Positions 1 to 10,244 of a stretch of 64,000 nt of DNA are shown here, piece by piece; positions within the stretch are counted from its first letter, which is position 1, and the number at the start of each line of letters is the position of its first letter. The position numbers were made by a program, and so were the translations under genes. This DNA is from a bacterium (lineage in GTDB: Bacteria > SAR324 > XYD2-FULL-50-16): positions 18,211 through 82,210 of the forward strand of contig JAVVEA010000011.1 of the NCBI GenBank assembly GCA_032250835.1, given 5' to 3'. The notes below the pieces were generated by a model. It was not told where the DNA came from. It searched no databases and saw only the letters and a list, made by a program, of their open reading frames with translations.

Positions 1-1
1 G

Positions 2-1852
2 GTAAGCAAAGGCCCCGGCGGGGCCGTCGAAGTAGCGGGCCATGATGCCAAAGCTACCGTGGCTGACCTCTAATTCCTCGGCGGCGCTGGCCGCATCAGA
101 CGCCTTGCCCAGATCCATCCCCAGCGGGTTAAAGAAGTTGCCCATGGCTTTAGCCAAGCCACCGGGCAGGTCGCCTAAAACTGCTGTCACCTGGTCCAAC
201 ACCGCCTCGGGCGTAGCGGCCTCGCCGTTGCCGCGCTCCATGCTGCTGTACATGCTGTCTAAGGTGCCGATAATCGCTTCTTTAGCGAAGATGCCCGTAA
301 AGATGCCCACCGTGGCGGGCCAGTTTTCATCGGTAATGCCCATGCCGTAAAAAATCGGCGTGATGGCCTTACCCGTTTGGGCCAGCATGCTGCTTTCGCT
401 GTCTTGGTGCCCAAAACTGCCGTCGGTGCCCACCGAGTTGAGGACCGTCAAGGCGGCGACGATGACCACAATCAACTTACCGGCTTCTAGTAAAAACCGT
501 TTGAGCCGTACCCAGGTGTTTGAAAGCACCGAGGCCGGGCTGGGGACATGGTAGGCGGGCAGCTCGATCAACAAGGGGTTGGGCTTGCCCACAAAAACGG
601 TGGTTTTTAAGATCAATCCAGTCCCCACCGCCACCAGAATCCCCGCCAGATAAAGCCCAAACACTAGGTTTTGGGCCCCAAAGGGAAAAAAGGCCGCCGA
701 AAACATGGCATAGACCGGCAGCTTAGCCCCACAGGACATAAAGGGCACCATGCCCAAGGTCAGGCGGCGGTCCCGTTCCTCTTCTAAGGTACGGGTCGCC
801 ATCAGAGCAGGTACGCTACAGCCAAAGCCTACAATCATCGGCACCACCGCCTTACCGGGCAGGCCGATTTTACTGACCATGCCGTCGAGCAATACGGTGG
901 CGCGGGCCATATAACCCGAATCCTCTAAAATCGAGAGGGTCAGGAACAGCAAACCAATGGGTGGAATGAAGGTCAAGACCGTCTGCACCCCGCCGCCCAC
1001 GCCATCGGCCAGCAGGGTAATCAACCAATCCGGGGTCCCTAGCCCGCGCAACAGGTTCCCCACTCCATCCACCAACAAGGCCCCGGCCAAACCATCGATC
1101 AAGTCAATGAAGGGGGCGGCCAAGTTGATGCTAATAAAAAAGACCATGTACATGGCCAACAGAAAAATCGGCAGGCCCCAAAAGCGGTGCAGCAACAGGT
1201 GATCCGCCTTGTCGATCAGCGCTATTTTGGCCGGGCGGGCCTCAACAATCACTTCACGGGCAATCCGACCAATCCACTCCAGCCGGTCTTCGGTTTCCAC
1301 CGCCGCCAGGGGCTTTCGGGCCGGTTGGTCTCCCAGTTTTAGCGCTTCGGTCAGCAGATGGTTGGCCCCTTCGCGCTTCTTGGCCACCAAGGGCACCACC
1401 GGCACGCCTAAGATCAAGCTCAAGCGCTCGGCGTCGATCTCTAAGCCCAGTTTTTCTAAGACATCCATCATGTTCAAGCCCACCACCACCTGCACATTCA
1501 TCTCTAACAGCTGGCTGGTTAGGTATAGGCTGCGCTCTAGATTGCTGGCGTCGACCAAGTTAATCACCACGTCGGTCTCGCCACTCACTAGATAGTTATG
1601 GGCCACCTCTTCGTCGATGCTGCCTGCGTTGAGCGAGTAGAGCCCCGGAAGGTCCGTCAACTCTACTTCCACCCGGCCTGCCAAAAGCCGCCCAGACTTA
1701 CGCTCGACGGTCACCCCCGGCCAGTTGCCTACCTGCTGGCGCACGCCGGTCAGTAAGTTAAAGAGCGTGGTCTTGCCGCAGTTGGGGTTGCCTAACAGAG
1801 ACAAAGCCAGATGTCCGGCCTTGGATTGGTATTCGGTGGTGACTTGATTCAT
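2..1852 (-). CDS. feoB: Ferrous iron transporter FeoB (3' end runs off the window start)
   Basis: Manual translation from the ATG at 1852: MNQVTTEYQSKAGHLALSLLGNPNCGKTTLFNLLTG..VGNWPGVTVE..DLPGLYSL (FeoB G1-G3 motifs), followed by membrane segments. It overlaps the feoA stop (ATGA). It is absent from the ORF track because there is no stop inside the window. Confidence 0.95.
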   Translation of the reverse strand, partial: MNQVTTEYQSKAGHLALSLLGNPNCGKTTLFNLLTGVRQQVGNWPGVTVERKSGRLLAGRVEVELTDLPGLYSLNAGSIDEEVAHNYLVSGETDVVINLVDASNLERSLYLTSQLLEMNVQVVVGLNMMDVLEKLGLEIDAERLSLILGVPVVPLVAKKREGANHLLTEALKLGDQPARKPLAAVETEDRLEWIGRIAREVIVEARPAKIALIDKADHLLLHRFWGLPIFLLAMYMVFFISINLAAPFIDLIDGLAGALLVDGVGNLLRGLGTPDWLITLLADGVGGGVQTVLTFIPPIGLLFLTLSILEDSGYMARATVLLDGMVSKIGLPGKAVVPMIVGFGCSVPALMATRTLEEERDRRLTLGMVPFMSCGAKLPVYAMFSAAFFPFGAQNLVFGLYLAGILVAVGTGLILKTTVFVGKPNPLLIELPAYHVPSPASVLSNTWVRLKRFLLEAGKLIVVIVAALTVLNSVGTDGSFGHQDSESSMLAQTGKAITPIFYGMGITDENWPATVGIFTGIFAKEAIIGTLDSMYSSMERGNGEAATPEAVLDQVTAVLGDLPGGLAKAMGNFFNPLGMDLGKASDAASAAEELEVSHGSFGIMARYFDGPAGAFAY

Positions 1853-2100
1853 TGCGCTTCCTCGCTCCATTTTCGGACCATCACATGTTCGGCCACTTCG
1901 CGGGCACAGGCAACCCGTTGGCCACTACCGGGGAATCCAACCACCAGAGGCTTGCCCTTGCGGTCCATAACCACCTCAACCAAGCGACCCCGACCAAAGC
2001 CCATACCGCGCAGGCGCTCTTGCAAGCGGCCTTCGGCGCGGAGTTCCACAATCTGGTATTTCTTACCTAAAGGGGCAAGGCAAAGGGAGATGGCGTTCAT
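1849..2100 (-). CDS. feoA: Ferrous iron transport protein FeoA
   Basis: 83 aa with LQERLRGMGFGRGRLVEVV (FeoA SH3-like signature), directly upstream of and coupled to feoB. Confidence 0.9.
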   Translation of the reverse strand: MNAISLCLAPLGKKYQIVELRAEGRLQERLRGMGFGRGRLVEVVMDRKGKPLVVGFPGSGQRVACAREVAEHVMVRKWSEEAQ

Positions 2101-2353
2101 AGGGGCTCCTTGATTCGTTTGATGTAAGCCTAGAGAAAAAAATAAACTTCGTAAAGGCGAATTTTCTGGCTATTGGTAAGTAACCTCATCAAAATCCCGC
2201 GATTCCCCCTACCCAACTCCTCAAAGTAGCACCCCCGCCAATTGGGTGGTTTTTAGATTTCCTAAGCCTCTCATTTGTGGAAGAATACTCGAATCTAAGC
2301 CAAAAAAACTCGGGAAATACTCCTGTAAGCGACAACCCGTTAGACCCTTTGCC

Positions 2354-2764
2354 GTGCACAACCAATTAGACGTAAAAGATTACCTGATGGGCATCGCCTC
2401 CATTGATGAGCAACACGCCAAGCTCCTGGAAATGATCAACCTTTTGTCCGACGGGATGGCCATGGGTGATGCACGGCCAGTCTTGGAATCCCTGATCGAA
2501 CGGCTCTACGCCTTTGCTCAGAGCCACTTTGCCTATGAAGAAGAGTTGATGGAACGCACCGGTTACCCTAACTTGGAGGCCCACCGCACCGAGCACCGCG
2601 CCTACCTGACCCGTCTAACCGAGCTGCTGCACCGCTGGGCGGAAGGCGGCGGGTTCATGATCGCCGTTGACGTGCACGACCTAATCACCCTTTGGGCCAC
2701 CGAACACATCATCGAAAGCGACCATAGTTACGCCACCCACCTCAAACAGCACGGCATCACCTGA
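2354..2764 (+). CDS. Bacteriohemerythrin (single-domain di-iron protein)
   Basis: Iron-ligand motifs IDEQH, HFAYEE, HRTEH and HIIESD. Likely start is the GTG at 2354 (ORF track start 2246). Confidence 0.88.
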   Translation: MHNQLDVKDYLMGIASIDEQHAKLLEMINLLSDGMAMGDARPVLESLIERLYAFAQSHFAYEEELMERTGYPNLEAHRTEHRAYLTRLTELLHRWAEGGGFMIAVDVHDLITLWATEHIIESDHSYATHLKQHGIT

Positions 2765-3040
2765 TCCCTACAGAGCGGGTTTAGAGCGCCCCCAGGTGGC
2801 GACCAACACCGCCCCGGTTCGCCCTACCCGTCTGTCTGCGGCCCCCGGTAACCCTAGGCTGAGATTCCCCCCAACCTTAAGGACCGCTCAAAAGAAATCC
2901 TGTCCTGCTCGCCCGCGAAGTCGCCCGCCTTGCTTAAGGACTTGGGTGACCTGCGCCGAAATTTGGCAGCCAAACCTTCATTTGACAGGGGGAACCAAAT
3001 AGTTGAACCCTCTGGCTCAAGCAATCTTTCCTTTAGGCTA

Positions 3041-4651
3041 ATGCGCTACATACTACACCAACTCCAATTGCCTCTGGATTACCAAGAGGCTGACCTAGCC
3101 CCAGCGCTCGCCACAAAGCTGGGTTGCAACCCAGCGGATTTAAGCGAGGTCCGGGTTTTAAGCCGTTCGATTGACGCCCGCGCCCATGGCAAGCCCCCCC
3201 ACTTTATTTTTTCCTTAAGTTTTCTCCTAGAAGAAAAGCACCTAAAGGACTCCATCCGCCCTGGGGTAACCTTGGCTGAAGACCCTCCACCAAGGGCCGC
3301 TGAGATCGTCAAGGTTTTAGATAACCAAGGCCGTCCCCGGCCGGTGGTGGTGGGGGCCGGTCCGGCGGGTTTGATGGCCGCCTTTGCGCTGGCAGAAGCA
3401 GGCCTAAGACCGCTGCTGGTTGAACGAGGCGACGCCGTAGAGGCGAGAAAACAAAAGGTCCGGGACTTCTGGCAAAAGGGTGTCTTAGATGAAGAGTCCA
3501 ACGCGCTTTATGGGGAAGGGGGTGCGGGCCTTTATTCGGACGGAAAACTCACCTCCCGTAGCAAAGACAGCCCCCGCCTCAAGCGTTTCTTAGAAACCCT
3601 GGTAGCCTGCGGCGCACCGGAGGATATTTTAATCGACCATAGCCCCCATTTGGGCAGCGACCAACTAGCGGTTATTGTACCCCGATTGCGGGAAAAAATC
3701 ATTGAGCTGGGTGCCGAGGTCCGGTTTTTAAGCCGCCTCACCGACCTCGAGGTAACACAAGGGCGCTTAAAATCACTCATCGTTGCCGGGCAAAAGATAC
3801 CCGCCGATGCCTGTATATTGGCTACCGGGCACAGCGCCCGGGATGTTTTTAAACTGCTGGCCTATAGTCCCGTGGCTTTAGAACCCAAATCCTTTGCCAT
3901 CGGGGTGAGATTAGAATTACCCCAAGCGGTGATCAACCGCGCCCAGTATAAAGACTGGGCCGGGCACCCCGCCTTAGGCGTGGCTAGTTTCCGCCTGACC
4001 GCCAAAGAGGAAAAGGGGTTCCGGGCTTGTTACAGCTTTTGTATGTGCCCAGGGGGGATCGTGATCGCTTGCGCCAGTTCACCGGGCCAACTCACCACCA
4101 ATGGCATGAGTTTATCAAAACGGGATTTAAACTGCGGCAATGCCGCCTTTATCGTACCCGTTGCTCCTGCTGACATCCCCGCTACCAACGCCGGGGAGCC
4201 GCCCATTTTAGACAGTTATAAGTTCCAAGAAGAGATTGAAACCAAGGCCTTTATCGCCGGGGGAGCGGACTACAGCATTCCCGCCAGCCGCTTAAGCGAT
4301 TTTTTGGCTAAAAAAATCTCTGTTGATTTACCCTTAGAGCGCTCGGCACAGAGAGCCATACCCGCAGACCTGTGGCAAATTCTGCCCAAAAACATTTGCC
4401 AGACATTGGCCCACGCCATACCCCAGATGTTAAAAAAGTTGCCCGGTGCCAACCCGAAAGAGGTGGTGCTTTACGGCGCGGAAACCCGCAGCTCCAGCCC
4501 CATCCGCGTGGTCCGGGGTGAAGACGGACAATCGTTGACCGTAAAGGGAATTTACCCTTGCGGCGAAGGGGCTGGCTACGCTGGCGGGATCGTCAGCGCC
4601 GGAATTGACGGGCTGCGCGCCGCCCAGTGGGTGATCCAAAGCTATCTTTAG
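3041..4651 (+). CDS. FAD-dependent oxidoreductase of unknown substrate (COG2509-like)
   Basis: VVVGAGPAG Rossmann motif, GEGGAGLYSDGKL, FCMCPGG, ETRSSSP, GEGAGYAGGI. Likely ATG at 3041 (ORF track start 2930). Confidence 0.85.
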   Translation: MRYILHQLQLPLDYQEADLAPALATKLGCNPADLSEVRVLSRSIDARAHGKPPHFIFSLSFLLEEKHLKDSIRPGVTLAEDPPPRAAEIVKVLDNQGRPRPVVVGAGPAGLMAAFALAEAGLRPLLVERGDAVEARKQKVRDFWQKGVLDEESNALYGEGGAGLYSDGKLTSRSKDSPRLKRFLETLVACGAPEDILIDHSPHLGSDQLAVIVPRLREKIIELGAEVRFLSRLTDLEVTQGRLKSLIVAGQKIPADACILATGHSARDVFKLLAYSPVALEPKSFAIGVRLELPQAVINRAQYKDWAGHPALGVASFRLTAKEEKGFRACYSFCMCPGGIVIACASSPGQLTTNGMSLSKRDLNCGNAAFIVPVAPADIPATNAGEPPILDSYKFQEEIETKAFIAGGADYSIPASRLSDFLAKKISVDLPLERSAQRAIPADLWQILPKNICQTLAHAIPQMLKKLPGANPKEVVLYGAETRSSSPIRVVRGEDGQSLTVKGIYPCGEGAGYAGGIVSAGIDGLRAAQWVIQSYL

Positions 4652-5221
4652 GTTTTTCGCCTTTTGTGGTGAATTTCAGGGCGGCGCAAAAACCTTCAAG
4701 ACCCCCCCCTAAACTGGCAACTAGCAGATAGAAGATTTCTGCGGGACCGAGGGCCAAGAAACCACCGGGTTTGTTTGCCCCTTTTTGTTGAGGCCACCAA
4801 GTCGGTTCCGGCTCCAACGCAGGGAGCCGCCTTCAAGGCGTTGGTTCCCGTATCTCCTTAAATACAACTTCGGGTGAACCCAGGTTGGTGTTGGTTGACA
4901 AGGGGTTGGTCCAGTGTGCTTTGGTTGATTCGCGGCTCAAGCCCCAAGAGCAGAAAAGGCTCTTTGGAGGAAATGTGGCTGACCAGATAACTGTCAAACA
5001 GCCCCTCCTACCGGGTTGCCTTTGAAGCTTATGAAACAGCGGGCACCTCAAACCGTTGCGGATCACCCAAGCCCTACCTGCAGCCAAACCAGCCGCCCTC
5101 ATCCCAAGTATACCTTTGTTATTTCAGCTCTACTAGAGCCCCTGCCTTCAAGGAAACCCGAAACCCGCCATGTTTTCTGGAAAAACACAAAAAAAAGCAC
5201 CCGAATTTTCTATATTTTTTT

Positions 5222-5250
5222 TTGCGCATACTTCGTGCAGTAGTTATACT
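5222..5250 (+). promoter_or_regulatory. Putative sigma70 promoter of the 5294 lipoprotein gene
   Basis: TTGCGC (5222-5227), 17-bp spacer, TATACT (5245-5250), preceded by A/T tracts resembling an UP element. Confidence 0.6.
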
Positions 5251-5293
5251 GAAATTAAGCAATAAAATTGAAACCAGAAGAAGTGGGGGAGCC

Positions 5294-7105
5294 ATGCATC
5301 GGAACTGGAAACTATTTGCCATCACCCTGACTGCCTTGCTCATCAGTTTGAGCGGTTGCAAAAATGATGAGGGTGACTTGGCTCTATCGGGCACTCGACC
5401 CACTGTTTCTTCGGTCAGCCCCGCCGATGGCGCGGCCTCCGTTGCTGTTGATAGTTCGGTAGAGGTCACCTTTAGTGAGGTAATGGCCAGTAGCAGCATA
5501 ACGGCAGCCGGGGCCGATTGCAGCGGGACGGTGCAACTCTCAAGCGAGGATTTTGTCAGTTGTCTAGCCTTAGGCGACGCATCGGTCGATTCGACAGGCA
5601 AGGTCTTCACATTCGTCCCCTCAGCCAATTTCGGCAATGCCACCAGCTATAAAGTGAAGGTAAGCACCGCCGCACAGTCCGCCGAGGGACTTAACGTAGC
5701 CTCGGATTACACCCAGGCCGATGGCTTCATTACGGTTTCTAATTCAACGACCACCACAACGACTACAACCACCACTACGACCACCACCGTTTCGGACCCA
5801 ACCCTATCCATCACGTACCCGACCTTGAACCGTAGCCATTACGTAGACGACGAGACCGCCCCCAGGACCGTTAACTTCACCTACTCGAGCGGAGATACCG
5901 TCACTTGTTCGCGCGATAGCGGGGCCACCTACGGCAGCTGTGATTCCGCTTCGGGCGGTTCGGGCACCCTGATCTGGAATATTGCCGACGCTTCCCAGGT
6001 CCATTATATCAAGGTCACCAATTCAGCAGGCACCGCAACCAGCGCCAACTTCACCCCGAGTACTAAATACGCATCGGTGAGCTTTCACAGTTGTACCGAA
6101 ACGGTGAGCAGCAGCGAAGGCTTCGATAGCTTTGACGCGCGGATCAGTTCTTCTAACAAAGTAATCTGCCTCAACGATGGCGTAACCGTGACGCGCAGCG
6201 GGGGCGATACCGCCGCCTATATCACCCTAGATCAAACCGGTCTGGTGGTTATCGCGCGCGAAGGGTCTACGGCGACTTTTAATAACGATGTCGCTTCGGG
6301 TTCAAACGACGGGATCTTCTGGAGCGGAACCACTGCACCCAAATTGGTTGGTTTGACCATGACCACGAATTTGACGGCCAATCTCAAGGCGATTTATCTG
6401 ACCTATTCTTCCGGTGCCGGGGATGGTTTGCAAATCCTCAACTCAACCTTGACCTGCTCAGGCAATACCAGTTTGTCTTGCATCAACGTTCAAAACGGTG
6501 CCAGCAGTGCTACCAATCCGTTGACAATCGACGGTTCGACCATCACTGCCTCCAACATCTCCAGTTCAGGTTACCTGCTCTATGTTAGCGACGTGGTGAC
6601 GGTCAGCAACTCGACCCTGACCTCGGGCTATCTGGTTTCCTATCTTTTCACCAGTGCTGCAGATTTAAGCATCAGCAATTCCACCATCACCGGCAACCTA
6701 GACAGCAGCGCCACCTCTTCGGGTTTATTCACCAGCTTCAATACAATCGCTGGACTCACCTTAACCAGCAACCAGATCACCACCCACGGCCTACCCGCCC
6801 TGGTGGTTAATGGCACCGCTTCAGGCGCGACCTTTACCTTAGACGGCAACACCTTCAAACGCGGGGCTACCGCCAACAGCAACAAAGCGGCGATTATATC
6901 CAACTACGCGGGCACCCTGCTTAACTCCACCACCGGCAACAGCTTCTGTAATGTCGATAACAACCTAACCAACGCCAAATGGAGCTTTATTTTGGACAGC
7001 ACCGCAGGAGCCCTCTCGGGCAGTAGCAGCTTCGCTTTAAGCAATCAAACCCCCAACGACGAGGTCCTCAATACCTCAGGAGCGACCTTCAGCGCCTGCA
7101 ATTAA
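5294..7105 (+). CDS. Surface lipoprotein: Ig-like (Big_5/SbsA-like) domain, poly-Thr linker, predicted parallel beta-helix
   Basis: GGGAG RBS then ATG at 5294. Signal peptide with lipobox LSG-C. PTVSSVSPADG..TFSE.M Ig signature, 14 consecutive Thr codons at 5747-5788, Ser/Thr/Asn/Gly-rich repeats (ISNSTIT, LTSNQIT, LDGNTF). Confidence 0.75.
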   Translation: MHRNWKLFAITLTALLISLSGCKNDEGDLALSGTRPTVSSVSPADGAASVAVDSSVEVTFSEVMASSSITAAGADCSGTVQLSSEDFVSCLALGDASVDSTGKVFTFVPSANFGNATSYKVKVSTAAQSAEGLNVASDYTQADGFITVSNSTTTTTTTTTTTTTTVSDPTLSITYPTLNRSHYVDDETAPRTVNFTYSSGDTVTCSRDSGATYGSCDSASGGSGTLIWNIADASQVHYIKVTNSAGTATSANFTPSTKYASVSFHSCTETVSSSEGFDSFDARISSSNKVICLNDGVTVTRSGGDTAAYITLDQTGLVVIAREGSTATFNNDVASGSNDGIFWSGTTAPKLVGLTMTTNLTANLKAIYLTYSSGAGDGLQILNSTLTCSGNTSLSCINVQNGASSATNPLTIDGSTITASNISSSGYLLYVSDVVTVSNSTLTSGYLVSYLFTSAADLSISNSTITGNLDSSATSSGLFTSFNTIAGLTLTSNQITTHGLPALVVNGTASGATFTLDGNTFKRGATANSNKAAIISNYAGTLLNSTTGNSFCNVDNNLTNAKWSFILDSTAGALSGSSSFALSNQTPNDEVLNTSGATFSACN

Positions 7106-7112
7106 CCTCTTA

Positions 7113-7134
7113 GGAGCGCACAACTCTGCGCTCC
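7113..7134. terminator. GC-rich hairpin downstream of the lipoprotein gene, possible terminator
   Basis: GGAGCGCA-caactc-TGCGCTCC perfect 8-bp stem. The U-tract is weak. Confidence 0.4.
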
Positions 7135-7344
7135 CGTTCCTTCGATTCGTGCCGCCGCTTAGAGTCAAAAGATGGAAAAATAACTGGGTAGGCCCGATAG
7201 TCAGGACTGAAACAAAAAGGTTCTTTGACGAAACGCAAGGTCGCGCGGTAGTTGTATCCAAGGCCTGCCGGTTCTTTGAACCCAGATTGTTTATCGGCTC
7301 CGACCTGGAGCTCCTTTTCCACCTAATACTGGGGGTTTCACTTC

Positions 7345-7950
7345 GTGATCGGAATCATCAATTACCGCTGCGGGAACCTACAAAACCTGCAAAACGCGCT
7401 GGATGCGTTGGGGCATTCCTCTAAGATCTTGGACAGCCCCGGCGAGATGGCGGGGATCAACAAGTTCATTTTGCCCGGAGTGGGGGCCTTTGGGCATGCC
7501 GCCCAAAACCTAAAGGATTTTGGTTTTTGGGAGCCCTTAAAAGAAGTGGTTGCCGCAGGCACACCGGTCTTGGGGATTTGTGTGGGCATGCAGTTGCTCT
7601 TTTCAAAAAGCTTTGAAGAGGGCGAGCATGAAGGTTTGGGCCTGATCGAAGGCGAGGTGGTGCGCTTTTCTCACGACCTGAAGGTGCCGCACATGGGCTG
7701 GAACCGGGTGATCCTGCACCAGCCCGAAGACCCCTTATTTGAAGGGATCGGCGAGCACAACTGGTTTTACTTCGTACATTCTTACGCCTGCTACCCCGAA
7801 GACAAAGCTTTCCTGCTGGGCGGCGGATTTTACGGCCATGAATTTTGCGCCGCTACGCGCCGGGGCAACCTTTGGGGCGTTCAGTTCCACCCGGAAAAAT
7901 CCCAGGAAGACGGCTTGAAGCTGCTCGATAACTTCGTCAAAAAGGTCTGA
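7345..7950 (+). CDS. hisH: Imidazole glycerol phosphate synthase glutaminase subunit
   Basis: ILPGVGAF, LGICVGMQ (catalytic Cys), KVPHMGWN, YFVHSY, QFHPEKS. Confidence 0.95.
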   Translation: MIGIINYRCGNLQNLQNALDALGHSSKILDSPGEMAGINKFILPGVGAFGHAAQNLKDFGFWEPLKEVVAAGTPVLGICVGMQLLFSKSFEEGEHEGLGLIEGEVVRFSHDLKVPHMGWNRVILHQPEDPLFEGIGEHNWFYFVHSYACYPEDKAFLLGGGFYGHEFCAATRRGNLWGVQFHPEKSQEDGLKLLDNFVKKV

Positions 7951-7953
7951 GCC

Positions 7954-8709
7954 ATGTTAGCAAAACGGGTGATCCCTTGTCTGGACATCAAAGAGGGCCG
8001 CGTGGTCAAGGGCGTCAACTTTTTGGGGCTCAAGGACGCCGGTGACCCCTTAGAACTGGCGGTCAAATACAACGAGCAAAAGGCCGACGAGTTGGTCTTT
8101 TTGGACATCACCGCCACCAACGAAAAGCGCAAGACCTTGATCGAGTTGGCCAGTAGCCTCGCCCGCAGCGTCTTCATCCCCTTCACCATCGGCGGGGGGA
8201 TTTCGAGCAAAGAACAAATCCATGATTTGGTCACCGCCGGAGCCGACAAGATCAGCATCAACTCGGCGGCGGTCAAACGCCCCGAATTGATCTCTGAGGG
8301 GGCCAGCCAATTTGGGGCTCAGTGCATCGTGATCGCTATCGACGTCAAGCGCGTCGGCGACGACTGGCACGTCTTCACCCACGCAGGCAACCGGGATACG
8401 GGCATGGAAGCGCTTTGGTGGGCCCAAGAAGCCGAGCGGCGCGGGGCTGGAGAAATCCTACTGACCAGCATGGACAAGGACGGTGCCCAGTCGGGCTTCG
8501 ACAACGAAATCACCCGCCGCATCAGTGAGTCGGTCAAGATTCCGGTGATCGCCTCGGGCGGCGTGGGCACCTTAGAACATTTCGCCGACGGCATCAAGCT
8601 GGGCAAAGCCGACGCCGTTTTAGCCGCCAGCGTCTTCCACTACGGCACCTACAGCATCCGCCAAGTCAAGGAACATCTGGCCGGGGAAGGGATTCCGGTG
8701 CGGTTGTAG
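7954..8709 (+). CDS. hisF: Imidazole glycerol phosphate synthase cyclase subunit
   Basis: [54 protein letters not shown]. Confidence 0.97.
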   Translation: MLAKRVIPCLDIKEGRVVKGVNFLGLKDAGDPLELAVKYNEQKADELVFLDITATNEKRKTLIELASSLARSVFIPFTIGGGISSKEQIHDLVTAGADKISINSAAVKRPELISEGASQFGAQCIVIAIDVKRVGDDWHVFTHAGNRDTGMEALWWAQEAERRGAGEILLTSMDKDGAQSGFDNEITRRISESVKIPVIASGGVGTLEHFADGIKLGKADAVLAASVFHYGTYSIRQVKEHLAGEGIPVRL

Positions 8710-8732
8710 AACCGCCCTGCCGCATCCTTCAA

Positions 8733-8765
8733 CCTGGGCCCCAACAAGCAACAGATTGGCCCAGG
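8733..8765. terminator. Hairpin downstream of hisF
   Basis: CCTGGGCC (8733-8740) and GGCCCAGG (8758-8765) form an inverted repeat. No clear U-tract. Confidence 0.3.
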
Positions 8766-9016
8766 GGGGGAGGCGGTAGAAGACAAAAAAGGCGTAGAGC
8801 TCCACCAAAAGGCCGGGGCACTCCGAACCAACTAGGAACTGAACCTCATCCGGCCATTTTTGCTTTCCACCCCGGAATCTTCGGCACCCGTCCCGCCCCA
8901 AGCTGCGCCACCGCGCCCAATGTGAAAGCCCCATTTACCTGGGCTCCAACCAGCCACTATCTTTGCACCCCAATGATCCAATAGATTTTTTGTCCTTCCG
9001 GTGATAGTTTGAAGCC

Positions 9017-9445
9017 ATGAAACTCAACCGACTTGCCCTAACCCTCCTCGCCCTGCTGGTCCTTACCCCCGCCCAAGGGTCCACGACCCGGATGGTGGGG
9101 GTGCAGTTTCGCGGCTGTTACGACGGGGACACCTGTTATTTTGATTTCCCCAGAGTCCGGCCTGCCATGTTCGGGCAGGATCGACCGGTGCGGCTTTTGG
9201 GGATTGATGCGCCGGAGATTAAGGGGGACTGCCCCGGCGAGATCCAAGCGGCAGAGCAGGCGCGGGATGCTCTGGTAGCCAAATTACAAAAGGCCCGGCG
9301 GATCGTGATCGACACGCCGGGATTAGATAAATACCACCGGATTTTGGGCCGCGTCACCGCCGACGGCCTGGACCTATCTGCCTGGATGATCCGCCGCGGC
9401 CTAGCCCGCGAATACCAAGGCTCGCACCGGTCGGGGTGGTGTTAA
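9017..9445 (+). CDS. Secreted thermonuclease (staphylococcal nuclease-like) family protein
   Basis: Signal peptide; YDGDT, VRLLGIDAPE and DKYHR motifs with the catalytic residues retained. Confidence 0.88.
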   Translation: MKLNRLALTLLALLVLTPAQGSTTRMVGVQFRGCYDGDTCYFDFPRVRPAMFGQDRPVRLLGIDAPEIKGDCPGEIQAAEQARDALVAKLQKARRIVIDTPGLDKYHRILGRVTADGLDLSAWMIRRGLAREYQGSHRSGWC

Positions 9446-9536
9446 GGCTTACATTTTAAGCCCAGGACCTCGCCGCGCCGCGGTTCTAACAAAGATTTCC
9501 AGCTTTTGGCTGATGCGGAATCACCCTATCAGGCCC

Positions 9537-10109
9537 CTAAAAATTAATCCCCACCTTCGTTACCTGCCGCAGGTTGTCTAGGTGTTTGCCGTTCTCCTCT
9601 TGGCTCATTTGGCGGCGGGACTCGATGGCTAGGTGCAGGAAGCCCAAGTTAAAAACCAAACTAGCCCCGTATTGCAGGGTAAAGTAGGTGTGGGGTTGGT
9701 CGTAAGCGTCGGTTTGTTCTAAGAAGCCAAAGCCGGGGCCGAAGCCCAGGCCCACGAAACCGGCGGTCATGACGTAATGGGGGTTCAGCTCTAAGCTGCG
9801 CATCTTCAAGCCCCTGTATTCATAATCCACCACACTGATCTGTTGGCGCAGGGGGTTGGCCCCGAACTGAAACCAGGGGCAATCCAACTGCAACTCGGCT
9901 CCGCTGCCGGGCATCTGGTCGCTGGCCGGGTCGGTCGGGTGGCCGTAGGGGTCGGCGGTGACGCTGGCGTTGACGGCGGCAATGGTGAAATTGGGATCAA
10001 AACTGGAATCGAGCACCGGGAAAAACACGAAGCCCGACTGGCTGGTTTCGGCAAAAGCCCATTGGGGTAACAACAAAGCAGTCAACAGAATCAATGAGAC
10101 AAAACGCAT
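9537..10109 (-). CDS. Hypothetical exported protein, probable small outer-membrane beta-barrel
   Basis: Signal peptide ending AFA, alternating hydrophobic beta-strands, C-terminal KVGINF (terminal Phe). Confidence 0.6.
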   Translation of the reverse strand: MRFVSLILLTALLLPQWAFAETSQSGFVFFPVLDSSFDPNFTIAAVNASVTADPYGHPTDPASDQMPGSGAELQLDCPWFQFGANPLRQQISVVDYEYRGLKMRSLELNPHYVMTAGFVGLGFGPGFGFLEQTDAYDQPHTYFTLQYGASLVFNLGFLHLAIESRRQMSQEENGKHLDNLRQVTKVGINF

Positions 10110-10244
10110 GGGCTTTCCTTAGGCAGCGGCCCCTCCCTCCTAAGGGACGGGTTGATCAAAATATAAATATATTCGGGATAAGAAAATAACATAAAGGAGC
10201 AGTCACTTACAAGGAAAAACCTTTCAGCTGATCAACTTTCAAAC

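Noticed and set aside
5747-5788. ACC-type microsatellite / phase-variable tract
   Set aside because: All four Thr codons are mixed, so it is not a pure slippage repeat, and triplet changes would not shift the frame.
7110-7322. 70-aa minus-strand ORF between the lipoprotein gene and hisH
   Set aside because: GTG start with no convincing RBS or motif; it runs through the hairpin and the likely hisH promoter region.
7345-8709. hisH/hisF as the glycan-locus amidotransferase paralogs found in some O-antigen clusters
   Set aside because: The sequences are canonical histidine-pathway type, lie 28 kb from the glycan genes, and have no N-acetyl sugar amidotransferase neighbour.
8620-8934. 104-aa minus-strand ORF downstream of hisF
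   Set aside because: It overlaps the hisF 3' end, crosses a G8 run and hairpin, and has atypical composition.
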